Program-made: the position numbers and the translations under genes | Notes under the pieces: model-generated | What the model was told of the DNA's origin: nothing | The model's database searches: none | The model's input: the letters and a program-made list of their open reading frames with translations, nothing else | Origin: Chrysomallon squamiferum | Lineage: Eukaryota > Animalia > Mollusca | DNA: 64,000 nucleotides | Assembly: GCA_012295275.1 (NCBI GenBank) | Contig: CM022670.1 | Coordinates: forward strand, 9,114,001 to 9,178,000 | Direction of reading: 5' to 3' | Shown here: piece by piece, positions 52,701-64,000 of the stretch | Numbering within the stretch: the stretch's first letter is position 1 | Layout of the letters: the number at the start of each line of letters is the position of its first letter

Positions 52701-55006
52701 GCTTTATTTACCTTTACTTAAAATCATTGACAAATTTATCTTAAATAATCATATATTTTGCAAACATCTATTTTTCTTTGAAGGAGGTAATGGAGAATAT
52801 TGCTAAATTTGAAGAAAAGATGAAAACAATGCTTATTCCTTCCAAGGCCGAGGAAGATTTTAGGTGAGCTTTTATTTAATTTTTCATGATTTAGTCTTTT
52901 ACTGTTGAGAAATATATAAGCTGACAGCAGATCAAATGGGTTGCTTCAAGCATAAATCTTATTTTTGCCAGTTTTATTTTTGTATTTTATTTAATTTTTT
53001 ATTTTAGTTTCTTTTAACTTATTTTATTTATTTTTATTATTATTAATAATTATAATTACATTTTATTGTTGTTGTTCTTCTTCTTCATATTATTATTATT
53101 AGTTGTTATTGTTACTGTTATTATTATTAATAGTAATTAAATTTATTTCATTTAGAAAAATAATATTCACATTTCTTTTTAAGTCACAGTACATTCTCAG
53201 GAATTAATCAACAAGTTGTATTCTAATTATCAGTTATATATTCTGTCATAACTCAAAGTATCAATTAAAATTTTATTCAAATTCTACTTTAAAACAGCCT
53301 GCAAATTATTACTGTCATTAGATAGTCACTGCAGATAAATTAAAAACAAGATTTAAAAAACATGATATGCTAACAAGTCTAAATATGTTTATTAATATCT
53401 TTTAAATTAATGATTCAACTGATGTCAAAATATTCATAGACACACAGACACACACACAAACAGATGGACAAAATCATACACACATATACCAGTGTAAATT
53501 ATACTCAGATCCGCACAAACAAAAATATACATTCTACACAGCCTAAGATCATTTGAAGAACGTTCTAAAACATTTCAAATTTTTTTATTGTTACATGTTA
53601 TATGTTATAAACCCTCCTGAATATTAATTTTTAATTTTTTTTTTTTTAATTACACAAACAAAAATATATATTCTTCACAGCCTAAGATCATTTGAAGAAC
53701 GTTCTAAAAATTTTTTTTATTGTTACATGTTATATGTTATAAACCCTCCTGAATATTAATTTTTCATTATTTTTTTTTTAATTACAGTGAGTATGTTGAT
53801 CTGAATTACACATCTCCGAAGGATGATGAAGAAAAGCAGCGAGAGATGCTGTGTCAGTTGCAGACGGCAACAAACAGTGATTACATTGGCAAGATCAGGA
53901 AGCGCCTGCAGGAAGATTCAGCAGCCCGCGAAGAAAGAGAAAAACGACGCAGAAAAGTTTTGGTCGATCAGATGTTAGCACATGAAAACCAAGAGGTATG
54001 AGAGACTGTTTTTTGAATTACAGATAATAAATATTGTTGCATCCTGGTTTATTAATGTAAGTAAATAATATTTAGTTTAAATGCCTTATTTTTATTTCTT
54101 TTTTTTTATTATTATTATTATTATTATTTTATATTAAATTTTTTTTTTTTTTTTTAATCACAAAGTTACTTCTTTTTTTTTTAAATCAAGGCTCCAAAGT
54201 CCCTATATTAGTCTTGAGGAAAATTTAATGTAATGGTTTGTCTTTTAGAGGTCATGTCCCCTGGTTTTTAGTCATGTTATGTAAAATTGTTTTAATAATT
54301 TCAGTGGTTGACCAATATTGTCATGATATTTCCTTTAATTTCAATTTAAAATTTGTAATTGATTTTCTTTCTTATTTCATAATGTTGAGAAATATTTTCA
54401 GATATTTTATGAAATAAAACATGATATTACATTAAATATATTTCATACAGTTATTTTATATGAGTTTACTTTTGAAATGTACAAAACTTTCTTTCACAAA
54501 ATGACTGATTGTTCCTGTTATTTTAGTTTTTTAATATATTTAGTTGTTTATTTATTATTTTTTAAATTTTGTTATGTTATGTTATGTTTATGTTAAGCTC
54601 GGTCTTGTTACATTACATGTCATTACATTACATTACATTTCATTATGTTACTTTACGTTTATTTTATTTATTTTATTTTACATTTTTCTTTTATCCTTCA
54701 CAAATGAGATTTTGCAGTTTTAAATTGTTTGATTTCAGGAGTCTCACAGAGAGGAGATGATGGTGAACAGACTGATGAGACAGTCCCAGCAGGAGCGTCG
54801 CATCGCTGTGCAGCTGCTCCATGTTCGCCACGAGAAAGAGGTCATCTGTCGCAACAGGATCTTCAGAGAGAAGCAGTACGAAAAGAGAAGACTGGAAGAT
54901 TTTGAAGACGCACTGGACAGGGAAGCTGTATGTCTTCATATTTCTTATTTCTTATTATTTTTTAAATTTTTTTCATTAGTATTATTATTTTAAAATATTT
55001 TTATTG

Positions 55007-55049
<43 letters not shown>

Positions 55050-56223
55050 TTTCATTCTTGACTTATACAACTTTAAAGGCAGAATATATTAATTATTGAC
55101 TTGTAAAAAATAAATGTGTGTGTGCCTGTGTGTGTATTAGTGTGTTTGTGTCAGAGTATAATAATAAGAATGTGTATATTTGTATGTATGTGTCTCTCTG
55201 TGTCTGCATGCCTGTGTGTGCAATGTGTGAGTAAGTAAGAATGTGTTTTTAACAGTATGTATTTAGAATGTTGACTGGTATCTTTTTTATAAAATTTTAT
55301 GTTGTTTAATAAGCATGCTGCCATCTTAAATCACTTCTTTCTCATTAATGCAATGTGTTTGACTTGAAAGTTTTATAAAATAAACATGTCTTCCTTCCTG
55401 CCTCATTAACCAGGCAATGGCAAGACTGGCAAAGGAACAGTACAAAGAACAGATTGAAAAGGATCAACAGCTCCATGATGAGATTGCTGCCCAGAGAGCA
55501 GAGGCCAAGTACAAGAAACATTATGACAACTGCAATGGACTGGTCAACGAGATGGTCAATTTTGCTGTCAATGTGGCTGAATATCGGGAACTCACTAATC
55601 AGTTAGTACAAATTAAACTGCCAACACCTTTTATAATGTTTTCCACATTGGTTTGGAAACATTCACATTCTGTCTCTTGGTTTGGGAATTAATTTTTGTT
55701 TTTAATATTTAAGAATTTGTTTGCTTTATTCATTTTCACTTTATTATTATTATTTTATATATATATTATTATTATTATTTTATTGTTTATCATTGAGATA
55801 TTTTGGATACATTTCAGACTTCTTCCTGCCAAACTTGTCCGAGAATGGACAGCATTGTTTGTAAAGGGTCTGCCACTCTATGAGCAGACATCTGAAATAG
55901 CCACAGAACCCACCCCAGAGCAGATCCTTGAAGAAGAAAGACAACAGCTGCTGGATGAAGAGGATTTCACTGAGTATAAGGTAAGTGTTGTGATTATCTT
56001 CTTTGACACCAGAGTTGAAATATTCCACTTAACATGATGATCTGTGACACACACATTTTTCAAAGTACTGGTTTCATGACCAGTTTTGTATGATTCAGAT
56101 ATATAACAGTAGTATTTGGAGCTGTTTTTGCTGAGTTATCAGTTTAATGTGGAATAAAATAATAAAATAATGGAATAAAATAATGAAGAGATTCGTCTTT
56201 ACTACTACTACTAAAACAACAAC

Positions 56224-56254
<31 letters not shown>

Positions 56255-59200
56255 GTAGCACTAATTTGTTTTTCAATAAAGTGAAAATAATAAATCATAT
56301 CTGAATAGAAAATTTAAACTGATAAACATTTTGATATATATATATATATTATTTTGTTCAGACTATGATGGGTGAATGGCAGCCTAAAGAAGGCAGTGAG
56401 CTGTCTGGACCTCCTCCAGACAATGTGGTTCTGGGACACATCATCCAGAGACTGTACAACCTAGTCCATCCACCTTCGGCAAGTCCTCTCTTTTTATTTA
56501 TTTATTTGCTTATTTGATATTTGATTTTTGTTCTAGAAAGTGTTGAGATAGGTTATCCAAAAGATTAAATATTCACTTTTTACTGATATTCATTTTGCAT
56601 TTTGTTAGCATTGATATCCCTACAGCAGACCAAAAATATTTTAATACTTTCAAGTGATTCTTTTGTTTGATTGAGATGTCAGTCTGTGAAAATAATAGTA
56701 AATAAAAAAAATATATATTTATATTTCAATGAAGATGGTTGGATGGTTATGTTTTTTGCTTATTTCAAGATGTCTTACGATTTATCTGTTTGTTTATAAT
56801 TTTGTTGTTTTGATATTATTATTATTATTGTAATTACCTTTTTTTTCAAAAATAAGTATATTCAGTTAGTTTATAATAATATTTTCTGTTTACAGCCACC
56901 TCCCACACCACCAGAATTTCCTCCTTTCCCTATAAAAGCTTGCATTCTTGGAAAAGTATTTGGTGGCAAGTCACAGTGTGCCAGAAAGCTGGCTGAAGGT
57001 AGAGTTATTGTTAATGACATTATTTTTTATGATTACATTTCTTAATTTCAATCCTGAATTATTTTAGTCACACTTTATATTTATGATATTAGAGGAATAT
57101 GCTAAGAAATTGTCATATATATTTACTTAAGATTTATTCATATAGAACAAATAATATTAAATTGAACATTAAATGAATGTATGTACTGAGGACCCTCAAT
57201 TTCATGGACTATTAGTGGGGAGCATTGCTCCAGAAAAGATAAAAATCCAGGAAATAGTGAATGTAAACATTAATGCTAAACATTACTGAAACATTAAGCT
57301 TTAGTAAACATAACAGTTATATTATACAGTAAAATAATAGTGTAAGAACAATATACAGACATAAAAACAATGTAAGCAAATGGCACACAGTGTATGTTAT
57401 GAGAAATATACAGTAGAAAAATATAGGCCAGGTTGGGTGAAATGTGCAATAGTAACATTTACTCTTACCTTGATGGAAAGTGGGCTGAGAGGGGGTTGCC
57501 ATGATCATATAATGGGACTCAGAATAACTTAAGAGATAAGTGGGAAACAGTTCAAATTTTGTACTTTTTTTTCCAGTTTTGGTCCAAGGTCTGTAAAAAC
57601 AAGTATCAGCAATATGAGTGTGTATGTTTGTGTGAGTGAAAGACATAAAACCATGAACTGGTTTATTTAACAGTTTGTTACAATCAAATTTTTTCTCTGA
57701 TTAGCACACCGTCTTGAAATTCTTATTGTGGATGATCTGGTCGATGAAGCTGTTTTGGCCTACAAAAATGGAGAAGTTGAAGTAAGTGAATTTCCCATCT
57801 CCTGTTGTTTTGTCTGACTACTGTGATTCCTGTTTGACCTTAGCCTTTCAATGATTGTTATTTGATCTAGGTCCCTTGACTTGGTACTTATGATATTGGT
57901 TCACTTTTGCGTACTGATTATTGTTTGAGTTTGGTCTTCTGACTAAATAGTGTTTGTCATTCATTCTCTGACTTTCTCAAATTTATAATTTCACTTTTGA
58001 ATATAGATGCTTAGTCCTTATGCATACATCAAATGTTTTGCTTAAATATTCACCTTAACACATAAATTTAATTCCAAATTTGATTGGCATTTCACTTTTG
58101 AAAAATGACAGATACATTTAAATTTCATAATTTTACATTGGTAATAAGCAGTGCACAGTTTAAATGGAAATTATTTTTACTGGTCTACTGTAATTAATAT
58201 TCTTTTCATTCTTTTATAAAAGGAAATTCCTCCTGAGTTGGAGAAACCTGCAGAATCATTGGATCAAGTTCAACCGGAAGGTATGTTCATGTTTATTTAA
58301 AACTGTTATTAATACTCAGTTGTGTTATTTAAATCATCCATACTGAGTTATTTAGGTAACATTTCTGGATGTCTGAGTTCAACAGATATAAAATTTTATT
58401 TAAGGCAAATTAAAATAATTTGCATGATTTTGTCAAATTAAAACAAAATTTAGTTATTTAATGATAAAATATCTTCTTCAATCTACATTTTTCTGTTTTA
58501 TTGTAGCATCTGATACATCATTTATTATAATATTAATATCAATGTTCGATAGTTTTAAATCAGACTTTGTAATGGGCGTTTTAACCTTGGATTTGGAATA
58601 ACAGTATCCTATTTCTCTTTACTTTTAGAAAAGAGTTAAAATGTTGAATTCCTTTATATTTTGTGTATTTTTTTCTTTGATTACTTTTCATCTGCTTTTT
58701 GTTCAGTCACCATCGCTTTTCACTATCTCTCTGTGTGACACAAAACATAAACCCACTTTTACAACTATTTCCTTATTAAACAGGTAAAAGAGATTCTGTA
58801 GTATCAGATGCCACAGGAGGAGCTTCAGGTGTTGCAGCAGTAGCACCTGGTGCAGGTGCAGCAGCAGGAGCACCTGGTGCAGGTGCAGCAGCAGCATCAG
58901 CCACAGCAACACCAGCCGCAGATGCACAAGGAACTGAACAAGTACTTCAGCAAGTACCTCAGCAAAAAGCAGAAGAGAAACCTGCGGAAGACACTTCATC
59001 ATTGTCCTCAATGAAGAGTATGAAACAGAAGGACAGTAGTCATAGAAAACCAGAGGTTTGATCTCTTGTGCACCTAGTTTTGAGAGAATTATGAATAGAG
59101 AGTTAAATACAAAAATAAAATAAAATAAAATAAAATAAAATGCATGTTCTGTAAGCCATTTGGCAAAAAAACTCTTCAAAAACACACACATATTTAAAAT

Positions 59201-61750
59201 GGCATTATATTCACAAATGTAAGATGTGCTTTTTTCAGGCTTATTTAGCAATGTGATCAATACTGATACACACTGTTAAGTTCTCATGCTGTGAGGTTTT
59301 GGGGGGATTTTGGGGGCGTTTCCCACTTTATTTTGAAATTTTTATTTTTTACAATATTACAATTGTGTAGAACTGTCATGGAAAATGCTGTTTATTTCAA
59401 ATTTCAGTTTGCTTTGTTTATTTTCTTAAGTGCATTTTTATATGTTTCATTCACAGTTGACTCCCAGAGCCAAACTTGGCATGAAAGCTTTGAAGAACCT
59501 GAAGAAAGGTAAACCTGTTGAGGATCCAGTGTTGGTGGAAATTTTAGTTGAACGAATCAGGTACGTGAACTGTAATAAATATTGGCTGGGAACAAAAAAA
59601 TAAAACTAGATATAATTTTTAAGTGAAATTCAGAGACAACATTTAGATATTCATACATAGATTTATTCAACACAGATTTATTCACCTTTCGGAATATGTT
59701 TAATTGTCATATATTTCAGTCATATGTGAAGCAAAATCATGTGCTCAAATGCCACCTATTTAAAATAAATACTATGAACTTATGGTCCAACCCAAAACAA
59801 CTAGAATAAATTGTCTGTTTATCAAAATTCTTTTTGAGTTATTATAAGCTGCTTTGGTTTTTATTACAGACACTTTATTTCACATCACTGATTACATGTA
59901 TATTGTCCTCTTCTTTTTTTGCAGACACATACCAGAAGGTACTGGCTGGGTCATTGATGGTTTCCCACAAACGTACAATCAGGCCAAACTGCTAGAAAAA
60001 GCTCTCACTGGATTTGATGCTCCAGACAAAGATATGAAAAAAATTTCCAAGAAGGGTTCAAATCTTGTCCCTGATCCACGCCCACCTCCTCCTCCCCCTG
60101 AACCCAAGAGTGGCATCAATGTTGTCATCCATTTTGACTTGCCAGACGAACTGAGCATGAAGAGAGCTGCTGGCCGATATCGTATGTTTAAACTCTTAAA
60201 AGAGTTTTAAGTATATAACTGTCAATAAATTCTGTTATTTTATTTTAAAATATAACTCTAATTATTATCATTATGTTTTCTTTCTTTTTAAAAAGTGTAT
60301 AGAGATTCTTTTATTTTTTTTTTTTTTTTTTAATAAATCTTTTTTTATGTTATTATGTTTATTACTTAGAAATTCAAGACCTTGCTAAGGTAAATAGATA
60401 CCATATATTTAATATTTCTTTAGATAATCATATAACTATACCAAGCTGTTTTCTTTATTTAACATGGAACGTGTTGTAATTCAGTCATAGAATATTGGTC
60501 TAGTACATGATTGGTTTCTGGATAGTCGTCCTTGGTGTGTACTGTCTATCTGTCTGTCAGTGCAAGATGCATATTAAAGATCCTTTCAGCTAACTGAAAA
60601 AAGAGCCTGGCAGGTTTCCTTATGTTCAGATGTTTTAATCAAGGTATCAGTGATAAACAGACGCTGTCAGTAATTAGCTGCATTTTAAAAATTTTAATTT
60701 CAGAGACAGTTCAGTCAGATGAAACCTACCATGAAGAATTTAATCCACCACCAGAGGGAAGTGCGACTGGAATTGGCAAACAGGAGAAGGTTGTGCCTGT
60801 GGAAGATGTGGCTCATGACATGGAGCAAGTACAACACAGGTATGTAAATCTTGATCTTTAACAGTTTTTTTGTGAACAAAAGAGAATTCTGTTAGTCTTT
60901 CTACCTGTCTGTATATCTGTTATAATCAACACATCTATCAGCCTGCCTGTCTGTCTGGATGTCTGTCTGTCTTTCTTTCTACCTATTGATCTCTCTGTCT
61001 TTCTTTCTTTCTTTCTGTCTGTCTTTCTTTCTACCTATTGATCTCTCTGTCTTTCTTTCTTTCTTTCTGTCTGTCTTTCTTTCTATCTATTGATCTGTCT
61101 GTCTTTCTTTCTTTCTTTCTGTCTGTCTTTCTTTCTGTCTGTGTGTGGTTGTATGTTAATCTGTCCTTCTATCTATCTGTTTGATTCTCTGTCTTTGTGT
61201 CTGTATACCTATATCTGTCTGTTTATCTGTCAGTCCATCAATTTATTGCTATCTACCTATCTTCTGAATCTGTCTCTTTGTCTATCTTTGTTTGTCTGTA
61301 TATTCTGCCTATCTGTTTATCTATCTCTCTCTCTGTCTATCTATCTATTTCTGTCTTTCTATCTCTCTATCTTTCTGTCTATCTATTCTTCTCTACATTT
61401 CTGTTAGTTGTATTTATTCATTTATTTCTTTGACTTTTATTTCAGGCTGACAGGTTTTCATGATTCGTGGAACAAGTTAAAGAAATGGTACACTCGATTT
61501 GGAACACTGAAGTCTGTCGATGCTTCACAAGACATCCAGACAGTGTTTCTTGAAGTAGAAGCAATTCTAGAAGAAACCATTGCTAAGGTAAGAATTTTTT
61601 TGTTTTGTCACTAAATCTCTTCTCAGTTTGTTGTCACGTGTAGTGTTCTGATGCTTGCAAATTAATGAAAACCTGACATTGTTGATAGATTTTGTGAGTA
61701 TTGTATGTATGTCAGAGAGAGATTAATAATTATGTAGAGTTCATATAATG

Positions 61751-61789
<39 letters not shown>

Positions 61790-62485
61790 AATGTGTATAC
61801 TTGCATGTGGACATGTTTGTATTGTGTGTGTATGTGTGTGTGTGTAGGAACATATTTCTAAGCATGCATGCATGCATTTGTTTTGATGTATCTTCTCCAA
61901 ATGCTGATGTACTGAAGATGGTTTGTTTATGAGAATATATTTTGTTGTATTTGTAGCTTGAACAGAAAGAAGAAGAGACCACATTACCCACAGACACAAC
62001 AGAAACACAAGCCCCACCCCAGCCCGAAGCTCCCCCAGAACCGGTAAGTATTAAAAATTAAACAAAACACAGCAGTAGATAACTGTCTTTTAGAAATTAA
62101 CAGGTTAAAAAGAAATGTTTCTGATTTAAAAAAAATACATAGATATAAAAAAGAATATCTCAGTAGAATACTTAAAAGTCTATAAATGTAGATATTTTGG
62201 TGATAGTTATTAATTTATTTATATTTAGTTTATCATAGTGATCTTGTTAATTTTAAATTTATGATTTTTTTATTTATTGTTTTAATGCATATACATATAT
62301 ATTGTTTTTGCATGTATTTACATTTTAATAATGATTGGTTTTTTTATTTAATCAGTTTTTTTTTTTTTATCTTTTTATTTATTGTTGTTATTATTTTAAA
62401 TTAACCATTTCTTCCCACACTTTAATGATTTATTGTTTTTGTTCAAGAATTTTCATTATTTTTTATTATGTTTTTTTTTATCTGT

Positions 62486-62517
<32 letters not shown>

Positions 62518-62645
62518 TTTATTTTTATTTTCTGTCTTTTTAATTTTGTTTTATTATTATTATTTTTAGCCTGTTGAGGTTCCTGAACCACCAAAAGAGG
62601 AACCCCCACCAGAACGAAAAACCTCTCGCCCCACCTCTCGAGAAG
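49192..62645 (+). CDS. SPEF2: Sperm flagellar protein 2, 5' part: 21 coding exons, 2983 nt (~994 aa), continues beyond the window
   Basis: MTEILVRWLN..FSTGYLIGEVLHKFQLQDDF..KLNNFTRVEPVLHLLG (CH-like domain); coiled coil RLMRQSQQERRIAVQL; adenylate-kinase-like ACILGKVFGGKS and GWVIDGFPQT. All exon phases are consistent. Confidence 0.93.
49809..49911 (+). CDS. SPEF2: SPEF2 exon 2
   Basis: tttcag|..FSTGYLIGEVLHKFQLQDDF..|gtaagc. Confidence 0.93.
50667..50919 (+). CDS. SPEF2: SPEF2 exon 3
   Basis: tctcag|A TADSKLNNF..YQLYIAL..EIYRE|gtaaa. Confidence 0.93.
51349..51566 (+). CDS. SPEF2: SPEF2 exon 4
   Basis: tttcag|RLKQATPRQTD..AKI CA|gtaagt. Confidence 0.92.
52218..52311 (+). CDS. SPEF2: SPEF2 exon 5
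   Basis: tttcag|A AATVHIPVPP..RREAQ|gtata. Confidence 0.9.
52784..52863 (+). CDS. SPEF2: SPEF2 exon 6
   Basis: ttgaag|EVMENIAKFEEK..|gtgag. Confidence 0.87.
53514..53787. repeat. Tandem duplication (~139 bp) of the 3' end of SPEF2 intron 6
   Basis: cacaaacaaaaatata..gcctaagatcatttgaagaacgttctaaaa..accctcctgaatattaat..ttaattaca occurs twice (from 53514 and 53653). Confidence 0.93.
53788..53995 (+). CDS. SPEF2: SPEF2 exon 7
   Basis: ttacag|T ..DYIGKIRKRLQEDSAAREEREKRRRK..ENQE|gtatg. Confidence 0.92.
54739..54927 (+). CDS. SPEF2: SPEF2 exon 8
   Basis: tttcag|ESHREE..RLMRQSQQERRIAVQL..LDREA|gtatgt. Confidence 0.93.
55414..55601 (+). CDS. SPEF2: SPEF2 exon 9
   Basis: accag|AMARLAK..AEYRELTN CA|gttagt. 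Confidence 0.92.
55818..55980 (+). CDS. SPEF2: SPEF2 exon 10
   Basis: tttcag|A LLPAKLVREW..DFTEYK|gtaagt. Confidence 0.93.
56362..56478 (+). CDS. SPEF2: SPEF2 exon 11, followed by a GC donor
   Basis: gttcag|TMMGEW..NVVLGHIIQRL..PPS|gcaagt. Confidence 0.87.
56896..56998 (+). CDS. SPEF2: SPEF2 exon 12 (P-loop-like)
   Basis: ttacag|PPPTPPEFPPFPIKACILGKVFGGKS..|gtaga. Confidence 0.92.
57705..57781 (+). CDS. SPEF2: SPEF2 exon 13
   Basis: gattag|CA HRLEILIVDDLVDEAV..VE|gtaagt. Confidence 0.9.
58223..58280 (+). CDS. SPEF2: SPEF2 exon 14
   Basis: aaag|EIPPELEKP..G|gtatgt; required for phase. Confidence 0.8.
58784..59055 (+). CDS. SPEF2: SPEF2 exon 15 (Ala/Gly-rich low complexity)
   Basis: aacag|GT KRDSVV..APGAGAAAGAPGAGAAA..RKPE|gtttg. 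Confidence 0.82.
59457..59560 (+). CDS. SPEF2: SPEF2 exon 16
   Basis: tcacag|LTPRAKLG..LKKGKPVED..ERI AG|gtacgt. Confidence 0.92.
59925..60181 (+). CDS. SPEF2: SPEF2 exon 17
   Basis: ttgcag|A HIPEGTGWVIDGFPQTYNQAKLLE..|gtatgt. Confidence 0.93.
60704..60839 (+). CDS. SPEF2: SPEF2 exon 18
   Basis: tttcag|AG TVQSDETYHEEFNPPPEGS..QVQH AG|gtatgt. Confidence 0.9.
60935..61395. repeat. (TCTG)/(TCTT)/(TCTA) tetranucleotide tract with a ~57-bp higher-order repeat
   Basis: ctttctttctacctattgatctctctgtc recurs about 3 times in 60970-61100. Confidence 0.85.
61446..61587 (+). CDS. SPEF2: SPEF2 exon 19
   Basis: tttcag|G LTGFHDSWNKLKKWY..TIAK|gtaaga. Confidence 0.92.
61957..62043 (+). CDS. SPEF2: SPEF2 exon 20
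   Basis: ttgtag|LEQKEEE..PPEP|gtaagt. Confidence 0.85.
62570..62645 (+). CDS. SPEF2: SPEF2 exon 21, last in the window
   Basis: ttttag|PVEVPEPPKEEPPPERK..G|gtaga. Confidence 0.82.
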
Positions 62646-62891
62646 GTAGACATACTGATAACATAGGCATCTTGGAACAAATAATTAACTCATAAACACT
62701 CTATTTATTACACACACCAACAGCATAAACAAAAAAAGAAACATTAAAATAATAATTAATTATTAAGTAAAAAAAATGTATAACATTTTAGTCACTGACT
62801 TACTAGGAAAAAATTCTTTATTGTTTTCATATTTTAAGTTTTGTTTCTGTTTGTGATTCTTTTCATTTTAATTTTAGTTTTCATTTTTGTT

Positions 62892-62923
<32 letters not shown>

Positions 62924-63239
62924 TACCATTTAGTTAATAATGTTTAGCAGTTTGTATATATCATGAAATATTTATCAAATGTGCAATAATTGTGTCACGC
63001 AAACCATTTTTAACTTTTCATGATTGAATGCTTTGTTTTGAACTTGTGTGTCTGCTTATTGAGAGGGATTAAACTCATCTACTTCCACACTGCCTGGTTG
63101 TGTATGGTTTTAGAAATTTCTAGATGCTCATAATGTGCTTTGCAATGCACTTGGATTAAAATGATTTAAAGGGTTTTTGTGTTCTGTATGTCTCGAATGT
63201 TCACCAAGGAACCTGTGGTTCAGATTATTTTGGATACTG

Positions 63240-64000
63240 TGAATTGAAAACCTGCAGTTGATGGTCATTATATTTTGAAATTGGACTTAAGAACATGTTG
63301 TTTAGATACATAGGTATTAATTCATTGAAAATGTGCAGTTGACAGTCACTACATCTTGAAGTATGACTGAGAAAAATGCAGTTTAGATATAGGTCTTTTT
63401 TTATATATATATTATTTCTCACACCTCAAATTGAAAATCTACACTTTATAGTCATTACATCTTGAAATATGATTAAGTAATGTATGGCTTAGATATGAGA
63501 CTTTGTAATCTGTTATTTTGTATACCATGCACTGAAAGTCCACACTATATGTATTACATGTTAATTTTCAAAATGACTAAGTGGCATTTAGCTTAGGTAA
63601 AGGTATTTATCATGTTGTTTCTTGCACTGAAAATCTACACTTCAACGTCATTACATCTAAAAGTATGATTAAGGAATGTTTTTTTTTTTTAAATAAAGGT
63701 CTTCTTATGGTATTGCTGCTAAAGGCAAATTGAAAATGTAAAGAAATATATTTATCCGTGTGATGTGCAGTGAAATCTACATATTATAGTCATTATTTCT
63801 TGATATATGATTAAGTAATGATTATGGTTTATTTGTATGGTGTTCAGACTTCTGCTTTTGAGCAGTCTATGCTTTCTTCTTAAGAAATACACATATTACA
63901 GTCATTACTTTTTGAACTATGACTATGGAATGAATGGTTAAGATGTGGGATATTGTGTATTATTTCTTAGAATACAATCTGAAAATTTACATCTTATAGT
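63240..64000. repeat. Diverged ~100-bp tandem satellite, about 8 units, runs off the window
   Basis: Core tgaaaatctacact.tatagtcattacatcttgaa.tatgattaag recurs near 63245, 63325, 63431, 63532, 63627, 63770, 63884 and 63980. Confidence 0.8.

Overview
AT-rich, microsatellite-dense animal genomic DNA, probably an invertebrate such as a mollusc (taxon is inference only). It holds four protein-coding genes, whose exons I traced by GT/AG boundaries and reading-frame phase. (1) A TRIM2/TRIM3-type TRIM-NHL gene (+, 6545-13382); its 2.2-kb exon has a -1 frame break at G_GTT_TTT (8173-8179) in the first NHL repeat. (2) A complete 14-exon inverted formin 2 (INF2)-like gene (-, 46527-19274, about 954 aa). 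(3) An antisense gene with an intronless coding region nested in INF2 intron 2 (+, 32612-33540), encoding an APD1-4-domain-like two-TM protein and also split by a -1 frame break. (4) The first 21 coding exons of SPEF2 (+, from 49192, running off the window), head-to-head with INF2, with a promoter X-box, a near-perfect X-box inside exon 3 and one GC-AG intron. Also present: hAT-like MITEs, decayed SINE-like copies, a G-rich 26-bp minisatellite, local duplications and an apparent CpG-retaining domain at about 25-49 kb. The two -1 breaks are the top leads: programmed frameshifting versus single-base assembly deletions or pseudogenisation. The sequence alone cannot distinguish these, and assembly error is the more common cause.
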